A stretch of 64,000 nucleotides of DNA from Gemmatimonas sp. (GTDB taxonomy: Bacteria; Gemmatimonadota; Gemmatimonadetes; Gemmatimonadales; Gemmatimonadaceae): positions 2,624,001-2,688,000 of the forward strand of contig OZ257156.1 of assembly GCA_965279375.1 (NCBI GenBank), read 5' to 3'. The notes below the pieces were generated by a model. That model was given only the letters and a program-made list of their open reading frames with translations. It was not told the origin of the DNA and did not search any database. This document shows, in pieces, positions 49,653-61,378 of this stretch (position 1 is the first letter of the stretch; each line of letters opens with the position of its first letter). A program made the translations under genes and the position numbers.

Positions 49653-50513
49653 ATGGCAAAGGGCAGAGAGCTTAAGGGGCGCATCAAGTCCGTCGAGAAC
49701 ACGCGGAAGATCACGCGTACGATGGAAATGGTGGCCACCTCCAAGATGAAGCGAGCGACCGATCGCGTGGTCGCGGCGCGGCCGTACGCGGTCGCGCTTG
49801 GAGAAATGCTCGGGCATGTCTACACGCCCGAGCTGGCCGAGCAGTTTCCGCTGCTGCGTCGTCCGGCGCAGATGAAGAAGGTGGCGTTGCTGTTGCTCAC
49901 CGCCAATCGCGGTCTGTGCGGCGCATTCAACGCCAACCTGATCAAGGAAGCGCGTTCGCGCATGCAGGAGTGGGAAGCGCGTGGCATTGCGGTCGAGATG
50001 CACATCGTCGGCAAGAAGGGCATCGGCTTCTTCAAGTATCTGGGCAAGAACATCGTCACGCAGCGCATCGACATCACGGACAAGCCATCGGCTGCCGATG
50101 CGGCGTCGTTGGTGGATGACCTGATGGCGCGCTTCGCCGCCGGTCAGCTCGACGCGGTGTACGTGACGGGTGCGAAGTACAAGTCGGCGTTGTCGACGCC
50201 GCCGGGCACGGACGCCGTGTTACCGGTGACGCCGCCTACGGGCGCCGCGCAGGGCACGCGCGACTTTTTGCTCGCGCCGTCGTCGGATGCGATTCTCGAA
50301 GCGTTGCTGCCGGCGTATGTGCGCAATGCCGTGTATCGCGCGTTGGTGGAGACGGAGGCCGGGTTCCAGAGTGCGCAGCGTACCGCCATGAAGAATGCGA
50401 CCGACAACGCCACGGACATGTTGCAGGTGCTGAAGCGGACGTACAACACGGCCCGCCAGGCGCAGATCACGCAGGAAATCGCCGAGATCGTCGGCGGTGC
50501 GGCCGCTCTGTAG
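49653..50513 (+). CDS. atpG: F1 ATP synthase subunit gamma
   Basis: KITRTMEMVA, RGLCGAFN, RQAQITQEIAEI. Confidence 0.98.
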   Translation: MAKGRELKGRIKSVENTRKITRTMEMVATSKMKRATDRVVAARPYAVALGEMLGHVYTPELAEQFPLLRRPAQMKKVALLLLTANRGLCGAFNANLIKEARSRMQEWEARGIAVEMHIVGKKGIGFFKYLGKNIVTQRIDITDKPSAADAASLVDDLMARFAAGQLDAVYVTGAKYKSALSTPPGTDAVLPVTPPTGAAQGTRDFLLAPSSDAILEALLPAYVRNAVYRALVETEAGFQSAQRTAMKNATDNATDMLQVLKRTYNTARQAQITQEIAEIVGGAAAL

Positions 50514-51974
<1,461 letters not shown>

Positions 51975-51977
51975 TTC

Positions 51978-52238
51978 GTGGCTGACTCGCTGACGGTGTC
52001 GGTGATCTCTCCGGAGAAGGTGTTGTTTGAAGGCACGGCGCGGTCGGTGACTGCGCCAGCCTTCGACGGCGAGATGGGAATACTTCCGATGCACGCGCCT
52101 CTTATGACGTTGTTGGGCAAGGGCACGTTGCGTCTGGAAACCACGGAGGGTGAGCGTCGGTTCACCGTGCAGGGCGGTTTTCTGCAGGTCGTGGACAATC
52201 AGGTTCGCGTGGTGACGGAGAGCGCCGCCACGCCGTAG
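51978..52238 (+). CDS. atpC: F1 ATP synthase subunit epsilon (short)
   Basis: SPEK, GEMGILPMHAPL, GGFLQV; follows atpD. Confidence 0.93.
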   Translation: MADSLTVSVISPEKVLFEGTARSVTAPAFDGEMGILPMHAPLMTLLGKGTLRLETTEGERRFTVQGGFLQVVDNQVRVVTESAATP

Positions 52239-52473
52239 TGAATACCGCGGCCCTCGGGTCGCGAGCGCCCGGCGGGGTTCGTCGAACAGGACGGTGTTCG
52301 GCGAGCCACCGCTGCGGCCGGAAACGCAGCAACGCTTCCGCGAGTGCGCCGGAATCGCGCGTTTCCAACGTCTGAAAGCCGTCCGACGTAATGGTGTTGA
52401 GGCTGCTGGTTTGCCGCCCTCGCTCGGCTCCCCCCTTCCGCCGAGTTCTCATGCGTGCCATCCCGTCCGACTC

Positions 52474-53550
52474 ATGCCTATTCGCGTCGTACTGATCGGC
52501 GATCCACCGGCTGGACTCGGCCAACAGATCGCTGCCCTCCCCGCATCTCTCGAGTTCGAGATCGTGGGCGCATATGCCGACCGTGCGTCTTCGCTTCATG
52601 CGTTGCACACGCTCACGCCAGACGTGGCGCTCGTCGCCGCGCAGCTCGATGATGCATCGGGCTTTGAGTTCGTGTCTGAACTCGCGCCGAATGAACGACC
52701 GTCGGCGATCGTCTTCCTTTCGTGTCGTGAAGAGGACGCCGTGCGTGCGTTTGAAGTGCATGCGACCGACTTCGTCCTGATCCCTGTGCACGGGACACGC
52801 TTTGACGAGGCGATGCATCGCGCTCGGCATCAGGCGTTGCAGACGGCACTCCTGCGCACGGCTGAGGAGTTGCAGCGTCTGATCGGTGCGACAGCGACGT
52901 CGCGTGCTGGGCTCGGACTGGTGGGCGCATCGGCGTCGGGTGCGGGTGTGTTCGCGGGCGTGGGACAGGGCGTCAGCTCGGACGTGGAACGCGATGGCCT
53001 CGGGTGGCGCGCGGCGCACGTTGACGGAATCGACGCGTGGCGTCCACGTGATCGCGCGCCCGAGCTATCGGCGCACGCGGATGACGCACTGCGAGCGGTC
53101 TCTCGCTGGGGTGGTGTCGGTCAGGCATTCGCCGCACTCACGCAGGCAAGCAGTGCGCGCGCGGCAACCGTGAGTGAGGAGGTGCTGGATCTCGCGCAGA
53201 CATCCGAGCCGTCGGCGTTGCGTGTCGCTGAGGGACGTCCGAAGCGTGTGCTGGTGCGCGAGGGACGGCGCACTCGATTCATCGCGTTGAGCGAAGTGGA
53301 TTGGTTCGAAGCGGATGGCAACTACATCCTCGTGCACGTGGCCGATCAGCAGTATCGCACTCGTGGAACGATTTCAGCGATCGAGACGGGCCTCGATCCG
53401 CGGCAGTTTGTGCGGATCCATCGGCGCATGGTGGTGAACATGGATCGTGTGCGCGAGATGTCGCCGTTGCCTGGTGGTGATGGGCTGCTGGTGCTGGGCA
53501 GTGGTACGACGCTGCGCTTGTCGCGCACGTATCGCGCACGAGTGCGGTAA
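52474..53550 (+). CDS. LytTR-family regulator with an atypical receiver and a long linker
   Basis: AVRAFEVHATDFV receiver end; EADGNY, FVRIHR and LSRTYR LytTR motifs. Confidence 0.85.
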   Translation: MPIRVVLIGDPPAGLGQQIAALPASLEFEIVGAYADRASSLHALHTLTPDVALVAAQLDDASGFEFVSELAPNERPSAIVFLSCREEDAVRAFEVHATDFVLIPVHGTRFDEAMHRARHQALQTALLRTAEELQRLIGATATSRAGLGLVGASASGAGVFAGVGQGVSSDVERDGLGWRAAHVDGIDAWRPRDRAPELSAHADDALRAVSRWGGVGQAFAALTQASSARAATVSEEVLDLAQTSEPSALRVAEGRPKRVLVREGRRTRFIALSEVDWFEADGNYILVHVADQQYRTRGTISAIETGLDPRQFVRIHRRMVVNMDRVREMSPLPGGDGLLVLGSGTTLRLSRTYRARVR

Positions 53551-53690
53551 CGAAGCGAGAGGCGCGCCGTGTCGCCCGTGCGTTAGCGCACAAGGAACTG
53601 GCACGCGGGGATGGAACCGAGCAGCGGATGCGACGTAGTATGCGCATCCGCTGCTTTTCGTTTGTGTCCCGGCAACCCTTTGGAGCCTTC

Positions 53691-54404
53691 ATGCTGTCTC
53701 GTCTTCTGTCGAACTCCCGCCGCATCGTCGTGCGCGTCGCCGCTTTTGCTGGTGCGATGGCGTGGTCTGTCGTGGGAGTGTCGATCGGGGCGAGGGGAGC
53801 ATCCGCACAGGCGTTCAACTATCCGTCGCTGCAACTGCCGACGGTCTCGACACGCGACTATACCGCGGCAATCGCGGGAGGCGAGGGAAGCACGCTGCTG
53901 TTTCAGTGGCGCGAGAACACTGGTGAGCGAGGGCACTTCGGTGTCGACGCGGGCATCGCCGATTCGCGCGCCCGCGATCCGATGGTATTTCTTGGTGCCT
54001 CGATCGGTCGCGAGGTGATGCGTGCGACGGAGCAGCAGCCGCTGGATCTGCTCGCGACGGGCGGCGTCAACGTGGCGTTCGGTGCGGGGACGACGCTGAT
54101 TCGGGTTCCGCTGGGGGTGAGCGTGGGGCACACGTTCGAACTGGAGCGCGATCTTGCGCTTACCCCATACGTACATCCGAGATTGTCCCTGGACCGGTGC
54201 GCGGACTGCGGAAAGGCGGGTGGGAGTCGCTCCGAGGTTTCGCTGAATTTCGACTTGGGAGCGAATTTGCAGGTCTCGCGCGAATTCGCCGTTCGGGTCG
54301 CCGGAGTGTTCAGCGGCTCGGATCTCCTAGGGGGCGGGGACGCGTTTGCCGTGGGGCTTAACTGGACGCCGGCAGCACTGCGTCGGCCCGTCCCGGCAAA
54401 GTGA
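53691..54404 (+). CDS. Exported hypothetical protein, probable small beta-barrel
   Basis: Signal peptide ending ASAQA and alternating hydrophobic strands. Confidence 0.6.
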   Translation: MLSRLLSNSRRIVVRVAAFAGAMAWSVVGVSIGARGASAQAFNYPSLQLPTVSTRDYTAAIAGGEGSTLLFQWRENTGERGHFGVDAGIADSRARDPMVFLGASIGREVMRATEQQPLDLLATGGVNVAFGAGTTLIRVPLGVSVGHTFELERDLALTPYVHPRLSLDRCADCGKAGGSRSEVSLNFDLGANLQVSREFAVRVAGVFSGSDLLGGGDAFAVGLNWTPAALRRPVPAK

Positions 54405-54513
54405 CGGCTGGTCTTTCTGACACAGCGACCGGCCGTGCCGATGGCGTGATGCACACGCGTTGACGGGGTGAACCGGGCACCTATTCCCGCGCGTTTTCAT
54501 TCGAGAAAAGTCA

Positions 54514-54545
54514 AACGCCCGTCGCGCTAAGTCGCGATGGGCGTT
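54514..54545 (+). terminator. Stem-loop
   Basis: 13-bp stem aacgcccgtcgcg/cgcgatgggcgtt. Confidence 0.55.
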
Positions 54546-54915
54546 CTTGCGTCAATGTGACGCGTCCGGTACTGTTGCTGTTCTGAGATCGGGGCGGGCG
54601 GACTGTCCCGTTTCACTGCTGTTTATCCCGCGCAGGATCGTGTAGCGCTCACATTTGCAACTTGTCCCGAATCGATGCGCGTGGTTGCGGCGCGCGACGA
54701 GGGGCAGCTCGACCCGTTTCACCGACGCAGTCGCGGTTGAAGGTCATGCACAATTTTCCGCCGTGTTTCAGGCGGATACCATCTCGGTGTTTTCAAGCGC
54801 GTAGGCTCGCGCTTGCTGCACCGGGTTTACGTACCGGTGGGCCGAAGAGTTTCGCGCCGTCTGGTACTCTGTCCCCTCCCCGTTGTTCCGGCTTCCGAAT
54901 CGCCGAGGGCTGAGC

Positions 54916-57900
54916 ATGTCGAGATTTTCACGATGGTTGCACCGGGTTCCGCTGGCAGTGCTGGCGTTGCTCTTGGTGCCAGCGATGGTACGGGCCCAGG
55001 GTCCAGCCGTCATCACTGGTACGGTCAAGACGGACTTCGGTGATCCACTTCAGGACGCGAACGTCTTCATCACTGAGCTCGCCGTTTCGGTGGGCACGAA
55101 TGCAGCGGGTCGCTATACGCTGACCATTCCCGCGGATCGCGTGAAGGGGCAGGTCCTTGTGCTTCGCGCGCGCGCGATCGGCTACAAGGCTGACATCAAG
55201 ACGATCACGGTGAAGGCTGGTCCGCAGTCTTTCGACTTCTCGCTGGCGAAGGACATCAACCGCCTGCAGGAAATCGTGACGACGGGTGTGACGGGTGCGA
55301 CGGAGCAGAAGAAGCTCGCGTTCTCCGTGGCGCAGGTGAGCGAGAAGGACATGCCGGTACCGGGCTCCAACCCGCTGTCTCAGCTGGCTGGTAAGGTGGC
55401 CGGTGCGAACATCGTGTCGGCGACAGGCCGTCCGGGTTCGGCGCCTTCCGTCATTCTGCGTGGCCCCCAGTCGATCAACGCCTCGGGTCGCGGTCAGGAT
55501 CCGCTGTACATCATCGACGGCGTCGTTTCCCAGGGTGGCCTGCAGGACATCAACCCGCAGGACATCGAGAACATCGAAGTCGTGAAGGGTGCCGCCGCCT
55601 CGTCGCTCTACGGATCGCGCGCCGGTAACGGTGTCATCCAGATCACGACGCGCTCGGGCAAGAACCAGTCGGAAGGCGTGCGCTTCCGCGCGCAGGCTGA
55701 GTACGGCACGTCGACGATCGAGCGTGAGTACCAGTACCCGGCCACCAGCTTCATGCTGATGGATCCGACGTACCAGCGTTACTGCATCGCCGCGGCGGGT
55801 GCCGCCGATTGCTCGCGTACGGCCGACATCTACGCCGAAGCGCTGCGCATCAACGATCAGGGCGGTGACTTCTCGCTGCCGCCGGTGACGTTTGTGAATG
55901 ACGGCGGTATCGCGCGTAACCCGGGTGCGGCGAACTCGCGCAACCTGTTCCAGACGAACCCGTTCCCGCAGACGTTCAACCCGATCAAGCAGTTCGTGAC
56001 GGACGGTCAGACGATCAACACGACGTTTGACGCCACGGGTCGCGTGGGCCGTACGAACTTCTTCGCCTCGGTGAACCAGCTGCGTCAGGAAGGCTCGATC
56101 AAGCTGTTGCCGGGTTACACGCGTAACTCGATGCGCTTGAACATCGACCAGCAGCTCGGTGGCAACGTCAACTTCTCCCTCCGTTCGGCCTACTCGAGCG
56201 CGATGGACTACAACAACGGCGGCGCCTTCTTCTCGCTGACGCGTCAGCCGGCGAATGCGCAGCTGTTCCAGACCGACTCCAAGGGTCGCTTGTACATCCG
56301 CTCGGTGGCGCAGCAGCAGGGTGCGCAGAACACCAACCCGGCGTACAACAGCCAGAACTTCCAGCCGCTCAACCGCATCGACCGTTTCGTCGGCAATGCG
56401 ACCGCGCGTTGGACGCCGTTCTCGTGGATGGATGTCGAAGGCAACTTCGGCTACGACAACCGCAACAACTTCCAGGAATCGCAGCAGGATCGTGGCTATC
56501 GCACGACCGCGCTGAGCACGACGAACCTGGGCACGATCAGCCGTTCGGCCAACCGCGACTACTCGCTGAATGCGTCGGGTAACGTCTCGATGCGTAAGGG
56601 CTGGTTCGAGGACAACCTGAACACGCGCCTGACGCTGCGTTACCTGTGGGAAGCGCAGGACGGCCGTTCGCAGAGCACGGGTGGTAACAACCTGGCGGTG
56701 CCGGGCCTGCGCGATCCGGACGCGGCGATTCAGGACTTCTTCACGTCGGGTGGTACGACGCAGGTGCGCCAGCTGGGCGCCTTCGCGAACCTCGACATGG
56801 ACTACAAGGGTCGCTACATCATCGGCGCGCTCGTGCGTCGCGACGCGGCTTCGCTGTTCGGTGCCGCCGAGCGTTGGCAGACCTACGGCCGTGGTTCCAT
56901 CGCGTGGCGTTTGAGCGACGAGCCGTGGTTCAAGGTGCCGGGCATCTCGGACCTCAAGCTGCGCGCTTCGCAGGGCTCGGCGGGTAACCGTCCGATCTAC
57001 TCGGCCCAGTACGAGACGTTCACGATCGGCGCGGGCGGCGTGCTGTCGCCGGCCTCGCTCGGCAATGCGAACCTCCGTCCCGAAGTCTCGACCGAGACGG
57101 AAATCGGCATGGACCTCGAGTTGCTCAGCAAGTACGGCGTGACGCTGACGCACTCGAACAACGTGATCGACAACCAGCTGTTGCAGGTGCCGCCTCCGGC
57201 GGCGGCCGGTTTCTCCAGCCAGTGGAAGAATGCCGGTCAGCTGACGAACAACACGTGGGAGCTGTCGCTCAACATCCCCGTGATCCAGAAGCGCAACCTG
57301 CAGTACTCGGCGCGCATCAACTATGACCGCACGACGTCGGTCATCTCGCGCCTCGACGTGCCGACTTTCTTCTTCTCGGCGGCCGGTCAGCAGGGTTCGG
57401 AGACGATGTTCCAGATCAAGCAGGGCGGCAACATGGGCCAGATCTACGGCCGTCGCTTTGTGAAGGACTGCGCCGAGCTTCCGGCCGCGTTCGCGGCGCG
57501 TTGCGGCGCGGGCAAGGATTATCAGGCCAACTCGGACGGCTTCGTTGTGTATGTCGGCGCTGGCAACACGCTGGGCGACGGCATCACGAAGAACCTGTGG
57601 AACACGCGCCTCCCGGCGTCGGCCGCTCCGTGGGCCGGTGGTACGACTGCCGATCCGCTGAACTGGGGCTTCCCGATCCTCGTCCGTGACTCGACGGGTG
57701 CGGTGCCGGTGCTGCCTGTTGGTCAGGCGTTGCCGAAGTTCCGCTGGTCGATGGCGCAGAACTTCCAGTACAAGAAGTTCACCGCGTATGCCCTGCTCGA
57801 CGCCACCGTCGGCAAGAGCATCTGGAACATCGGCCGTCAGTGGTCGCTGGGTGACTTCATGCATGCCGACGCCGACCAGGCGGGCAAGTCGGTCGCCGAA

Positions 57901-58239
57901 GCGCGTCCGATCGGCTACTACTTCCGCGCCGTCTCGACGGGCGGCATCGGTGGTCTGTACGACGTGCTCGCCCCGAACAACAACACGACGGAAGACGCGA
58001 GCTTCGTGAAGGTCCGCGAAGCGTCGATCGGCTATCGCATCGGTGCGATCGGTGGCGTGGGCAACTGGAACGTGAACCTGATCGGTCGCAACCTGTTCAC
58101 GATCAGCAACTACAAGGGCTTTGACCCTGAAGTCGGATCGGGTGGTGGCAGCCTGGGCTCTGGCGTGTTGAACGCCATCGACGCCTTCGTTTTCCCGAAC
58201 CTGCGCCAGTTCACTCTCTCGATCGGCACCAGCTTCTGA
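54916..58239 (+). CDS. SusC/RagA-family TonB-linked outer membrane protein
   Basis: PLYIIDGV, DINPQDIENIEVVKGAAASSLYGSRAGNGVIQITT, YKGFDPEV and terminal F. Confidence 0.95.
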   Translation: MSRFSRWLHRVPLAVLALLLVPAMVRAQGPAVITGTVKTDFGDPLQDANVFITELAVSVGTNAAGRYTLTIPADRVKGQVLVLRARAIGYKADIKTITVKAGPQSFDFSLAKDINRLQEIVTTGVTGATEQKKLAFSVAQVSEKDMPVPGSNPLSQLAGKVAGANIVSATGRPGSAPSVILRGPQSINASGRGQDPLYIIDGVVSQGGLQDINPQDIENIEVVKGAAASSLYGSRAGNGVIQITTRSGKNQSEGVRFRAQAEYGTSTIEREYQYPATSFMLMDPTYQRYCIAAAGAADCSRTADIYAEALRINDQGGDFSLPPVTFVNDGGIARNPGAANSRNLFQTNPFPQTFNPIKQFVTDGQTINTTFDATGRVGRTNFFASVNQLRQEGSIKLLPGYTRNSMRLNIDQQLGGNVNFSLRSAYSSAMDYNNGGAFFSLTRQPANAQLFQTDSKGRLYIRSVAQQQGAQNTNPAYNSQNFQPLNRIDRFVGNATARWTPFSWMDVEGNFGYDNRNNFQESQQDRGYRTTALSTTNLGTISRSANRDYSLNASGNVSMRKGWFEDNLNTRLTLRYLWEAQDGRSQSTGGNNLAVPGLRDPDAAIQDFFTSGGTTQVRQLGAFANLDMDYKGRYIIGALVRRDAASLFGAAERWQTYGRGSIAWRLSDEPWFKVPGISDLKLRASQGSAGNRPIYSAQYETFTIGAGGVLSPASLGNANLRPEVSTETEIGMDLELLSKYGVTLTHSNNVIDNQLLQVPPPAAAGFSSQWKNAGQLTNNTWELSLNIPVIQKRNLQYSARINYDRTTSVISRLDVPTFFFSAAGQQGSETMFQIKQGGNMGQIYGRRFVKDCAELPAAFAARCGAGKDYQANSDGFVVYVGAGNTLGDGITKNLWNTRLPASAAPWAGGTTADPLNWGFPILVRDSTGAVPVLPVGQALPKFRWSMAQNFQYKKFTAYALLDATVGKSIWNIGRQWSLGDFMHADADQAGKSVAEARPIGYYFRAVSTGGIGGLYDVLAPNNNTTEDASFVKVREASIGYRIGAIGGVGNWNVNLIGRNLFTISNYKGFDPEVGSGGGSLGSGVLNAIDAFVFPNLRQFTLSIGTSF

Positions 58240-58304
58240 CCCCGGGGCAGTTGGGAGCGCGCGCGCCGCGCGCGCCCCGACTGCAGCGAACTTGAGGAAT
58301 ATCG

Positions 58305-59933
58305 ATGCGTAAGCACTACATCATGGGAAGCGGATTGCTGCTCGGGCTGACGGCCTGCGGTGGCGATGCGCTCAACATCACCAACATCAACAACCCGGAC
58401 GTCGCGCGTGCCTATGCGACGCCGGCTGGTGTCGAAGGCGTCGTGGCCGGTCTCGGTCCACAGGTCTTCAATCCGCAGCGTGCCACGGAATCCGTGAACA
58501 CGCAGGCCAAGATCCTCACGGGCGAGTCTTTCGCGTCCGTGGCGAACTTCGGCATGGCGGCTCGCGCGCAGATTCCGCGTTCGATCATCTCGAACGAGCT
58601 GGGTAACGACAACCAGACTGGCAACCTCGCCAACTTCAACTCGTTCTCGCGTGTCGCGCGCACCGCGTCCAACGCGATCGTCGCGGTGAACGCGCTGGCC
58701 AAGACGGGTCAGACGATCGGCAGCCCGGCACAGGACGCGCGCGCACGCGCGTTTTCGTTCCTGATGCTTGGCCAGTCGCTGGGCATGTTGTCGCTGGCGT
58801 ATGACTCGGCGGCCATCGTGACGCCGGCGGTGCCGAGCGATCAGGTGCCGGGTCTCTCGTCGGCCGCGGCGGTGAACACCGCGGCGCTGGCGATGCTCGA
58901 TTCGGCGATTGCGGTGGCGACGTCGGCTGCTGCGACGAACGGAGCGAACGGCTTCCCGCTTCCGGCGACTTGGATCAACGGTCAGTCGTTGACGCAGGCG
59001 AACTTCGTTCGCCTCGCTCGCTCGTACAAGGCGCGCTACCGCGCAGGTGTCGCGCGGACGGTTGCGGCTCGTGCGGCAGTGGACTGGACGGCGGTCATCG
59101 CTGACGCGACGAACGGCATCACGGCCGACTTCACGGTGAACATCGGCAACAGCTCGGGTTGGACGTCCGCGTTCGACGTCGGCCAGATTTACGTGACGGG
59201 CGGCTGGCATTCGCTGCCGTACTTCTACTACGGCATGGCCGACGTGTCGGGTGGCTACGACGCGTGGCTGGCGACGCCGCGTGACTCGCGTCGCGCGTTC
59301 GTGATCGTTTCGCCTGACAAGCGCTGGCCGACGGGTACGACGCGTGCGGCGCAGCAGGCGCAGGCGCCGACGGTTGTGCTGCCGACTGGTCAGTATTTCC
59401 GCAATCGTCCGACGGGCGAAGACGTGCCCCTCACCGGACCGGGCGACTCGTTCTACGATCACCGTCGCTACGGCGCGGTGAACCTGGCCGGTTCGGCCGG
59501 ACCGTACGTCGAAATGTCGAAGACGGAACTCGACATGCTGGCCGCCGAGGGCTACATCCGCGCTGGCAACCTGTCGGCCGCGGCGTCGCTGATCAACGTG
59601 ACGCGTGTGAAGAACGGGCTTGACCCGGTGAGCGTGACCAGCGCGACGCAGCCGATCTCGACGAACCTCGCGACCTGCGTGCCGCGCGTGCCACAGGCGC
59701 CGGCGTTCACGAGCACGGGCTGCGGCACGATTCTCGAGGCGATGAAGTACGAGAAGCGCATGGAGACCGCGTTCACGGGCTACATGGTGTGGTACACGGA
59801 CAATCGTGGCTGGGGCGACAACATCGAAGGCACGGTGATCGAGTGGCCGGTGCCGTACCAGGAGATGCAGGCACGCCAGAGCGGCTACTACAACGGCACG
59901 CTTCGCGCGCCGAAGGGCACGTACGGCTTCTGA
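58305..59933 (+). CDS. SusD/RagB-like lipoprotein
   Basis: Lipobox LTAC, NPD, MLAAEG, YEKRME, WPVPYQE; directly after SusC with a GAGG RBS. Confidence 0.85.
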   Translation: MRKHYIMGSGLLLGLTACGGDALNITNINNPDVARAYATPAGVEGVVAGLGPQVFNPQRATESVNTQAKILTGESFASVANFGMAARAQIPRSIISNELGNDNQTGNLANFNSFSRVARTASNAIVAVNALAKTGQTIGSPAQDARARAFSFLMLGQSLGMLSLAYDSAAIVTPAVPSDQVPGLSSAAAVNTAALAMLDSAIAVATSAAATNGANGFPLPATWINGQSLTQANFVRLARSYKARYRAGVARTVAARAAVDWTAVIADATNGITADFTVNIGNSSGWTSAFDVGQIYVTGGWHSLPYFYYGMADVSGGYDAWLATPRDSRRAFVIVSPDKRWPTGTTRAAQQAQAPTVVLPTGQYFRNRPTGEDVPLTGPGDSFYDHRRYGAVNLAGSAGPYVEMSKTELDMLAAEGYIRAGNLSAAASLINVTRVKNGLDPVSVTSATQPISTNLATCVPRVPQAPAFTSTGCGTILEAMKYEKRMETAFTGYMVWYTDNRGWGDNIEGTVIEWPVPYQEMQARQSGYYNGTLRAPKGTYGF

Positions 59934-60445
59934 TGATGATGACGATGGCGGCACACTCCTCGGCGCTGCTCCGGCGGCGCCTTGTGGGTGGCCTTTGCGT
60001 CGGCGCGCTCGCGCTGCAGACGGCGTGCTACACGTACATGCCGATGCAAAGCAGTGCGCCGCCGCAGGCCAAGGAGGTCGGGGTCTCGATCAACGATCGC
60101 GGTCGCGTGCTTCTTGGAGATCGCGTTGGTCAGTCGATCAATCGTATCGATGGACGGATCGTCAGCAGTGATTCGCTGGCCGTCGTACTCGACGTGTACC
60201 GCGTGACGGATCTGCGCGGCATCGCGAGTACGTGGACCGGTGAGCGCGTCAGCATCCCGCGCGAGGCGATCATGGGATACAACGAGCGCAAGCTGTCGAA
60301 GGCGCGCACGTTCGCGTTGGTCGGTGCGATCGCGGCTGCAATCATTGCATCAGTCGGAAGTTCGTTGGACATCTTCGGCGGTTCGCTGCCAGATGAAACG
60401 GCGCCCCCAGGCGGCGGTTCGCAAACGTCTCGTATCGGTCACTAG
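59933..60445 (+). CDS. Hypothetical lipoprotein with a C-terminal TM segment
   Basis: TGATG overlap with the susD-like gene, QTAC lipobox and C-terminal hydrophobic helix. Confidence 0.65.
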   Translation: MMMTMAAHSSALLRRRLVGGLCVGALALQTACYTYMPMQSSAPPQAKEVGVSINDRGRVLLGDRVGQSINRIDGRIVSSDSLAVVLDVYRVTDLRGIASTWTGERVSIPREAIMGYNERKLSKARTFALVGAIAAAIIASVGSSLDIFGGSLPDETAPPGGGSQTSRIGH

Positions 60446-60505
60446 TCGCACATGGCGACCATACGCGCTTTCTCGTTGACGCACACTTTACGGAGTCTTC
60501 GACTC

Positions 60506-61360
60506 ATGCGGCTCTCTCGTTTCGGAATCCTCGGCGCGCTTGCAATCGCGGCCGTCGGATGCAGTTCCTCGGACTCGGGTCCGACCACGCCGACGATCCC
60601 GTCGCTGGCGTACATCCGCTACATCAACGCAGTCCCCGACACGCTCAATACGACGGTTCGCTTCATCGACGGAGTGGAGTTCACCCCGACGACGTTCGTG
60701 AACGTGCCGTTCCGCGGCCTCGGCCAGGGCAACTACCAGGGCATCGGGGTTGGCGCGCGCAAGATGCGCGTGTTCACTGCCGACTTCGTGAACTTCTCGG
60801 AGGCGGGTAACACGGCCATCCTCGTGGACACGACTCTCACGTTTGAAGCGGGCAAGTACTACACGCTCCTGCACGTCGGCTACGCCCGCGCGGGCTCGTC
60901 GCCGAAGCAGGGCATCGTGGTGTACAACGACGTGCTGCCGTCTCCGACGACGGGCATTGCAGTGCGTGCACTGCATGCCGGCTCGGGCATCGGCAACGTC
61001 GATCTGTACGTGACGGCAGCGGCCACCACGCCGATCGCTGGCGCTCCTGCGGTTGCGTCGCTCGCCTTCAAGGCGGCCTCGAACTACCTGAACCTCGCGG
61101 TCGGTGCCTTTGCCGCGCAGGTGACCGCCACGGGCAGCACGACGGCTGTAGCCGCCGCGCTCGCTCCGGCCGGACTGGCTGCTGTAACGGCGTCGGGCAC
61201 CACGCCCGCAGCCGACCCGACGGCCGGCTCCACGCAGGCTGGATCGGTAATGACCGCCATCGCGTTCCCCGCGACGGTGGCTGGCTCGCGCGCCGCGTCG
61301 TTCACGACGCCCGGCGTGGTGTTCTTCTCGGACAAGCAGCCCCCGCGCACGACGCCGTAA
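60506..61360 (+). CDS. DUF4397-like lipoprotein
   Basis: Lipobox AVGC; IRYINAVPD and VRALHAGSGIGNVDLYV repeats. Confidence 0.75.
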   Translation: MRLSRFGILGALAIAAVGCSSSDSGPTTPTIPSLAYIRYINAVPDTLNTTVRFIDGVEFTPTTFVNVPFRGLGQGNYQGIGVGARKMRVFTADFVNFSEAGNTAILVDTTLTFEAGKYYTLLHVGYARAGSSPKQGIVVYNDVLPSPTTGIAVRALHAGSGIGNVDLYVTAAATTPIAGAPAVASLAFKAASNYLNLAVGAFAAQVTATGSTTAVAAALAPAGLAAVTASGTTPAADPTAGSTQAGSVMTAIAFPATVAGSRAASFTTPGVVFFSDKQPPRTTP

Positions 61361-61378
61361 CCTTACGGCGATCATCCG

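Noticed and set aside
54928..57864. 978-aa antisense ORF (and similar ones opposite atpA, atpD, susD, NYN and rho)
   Set aside because: Shadow ORFs produced by strong GC codon bias on the real strand; no motifs.
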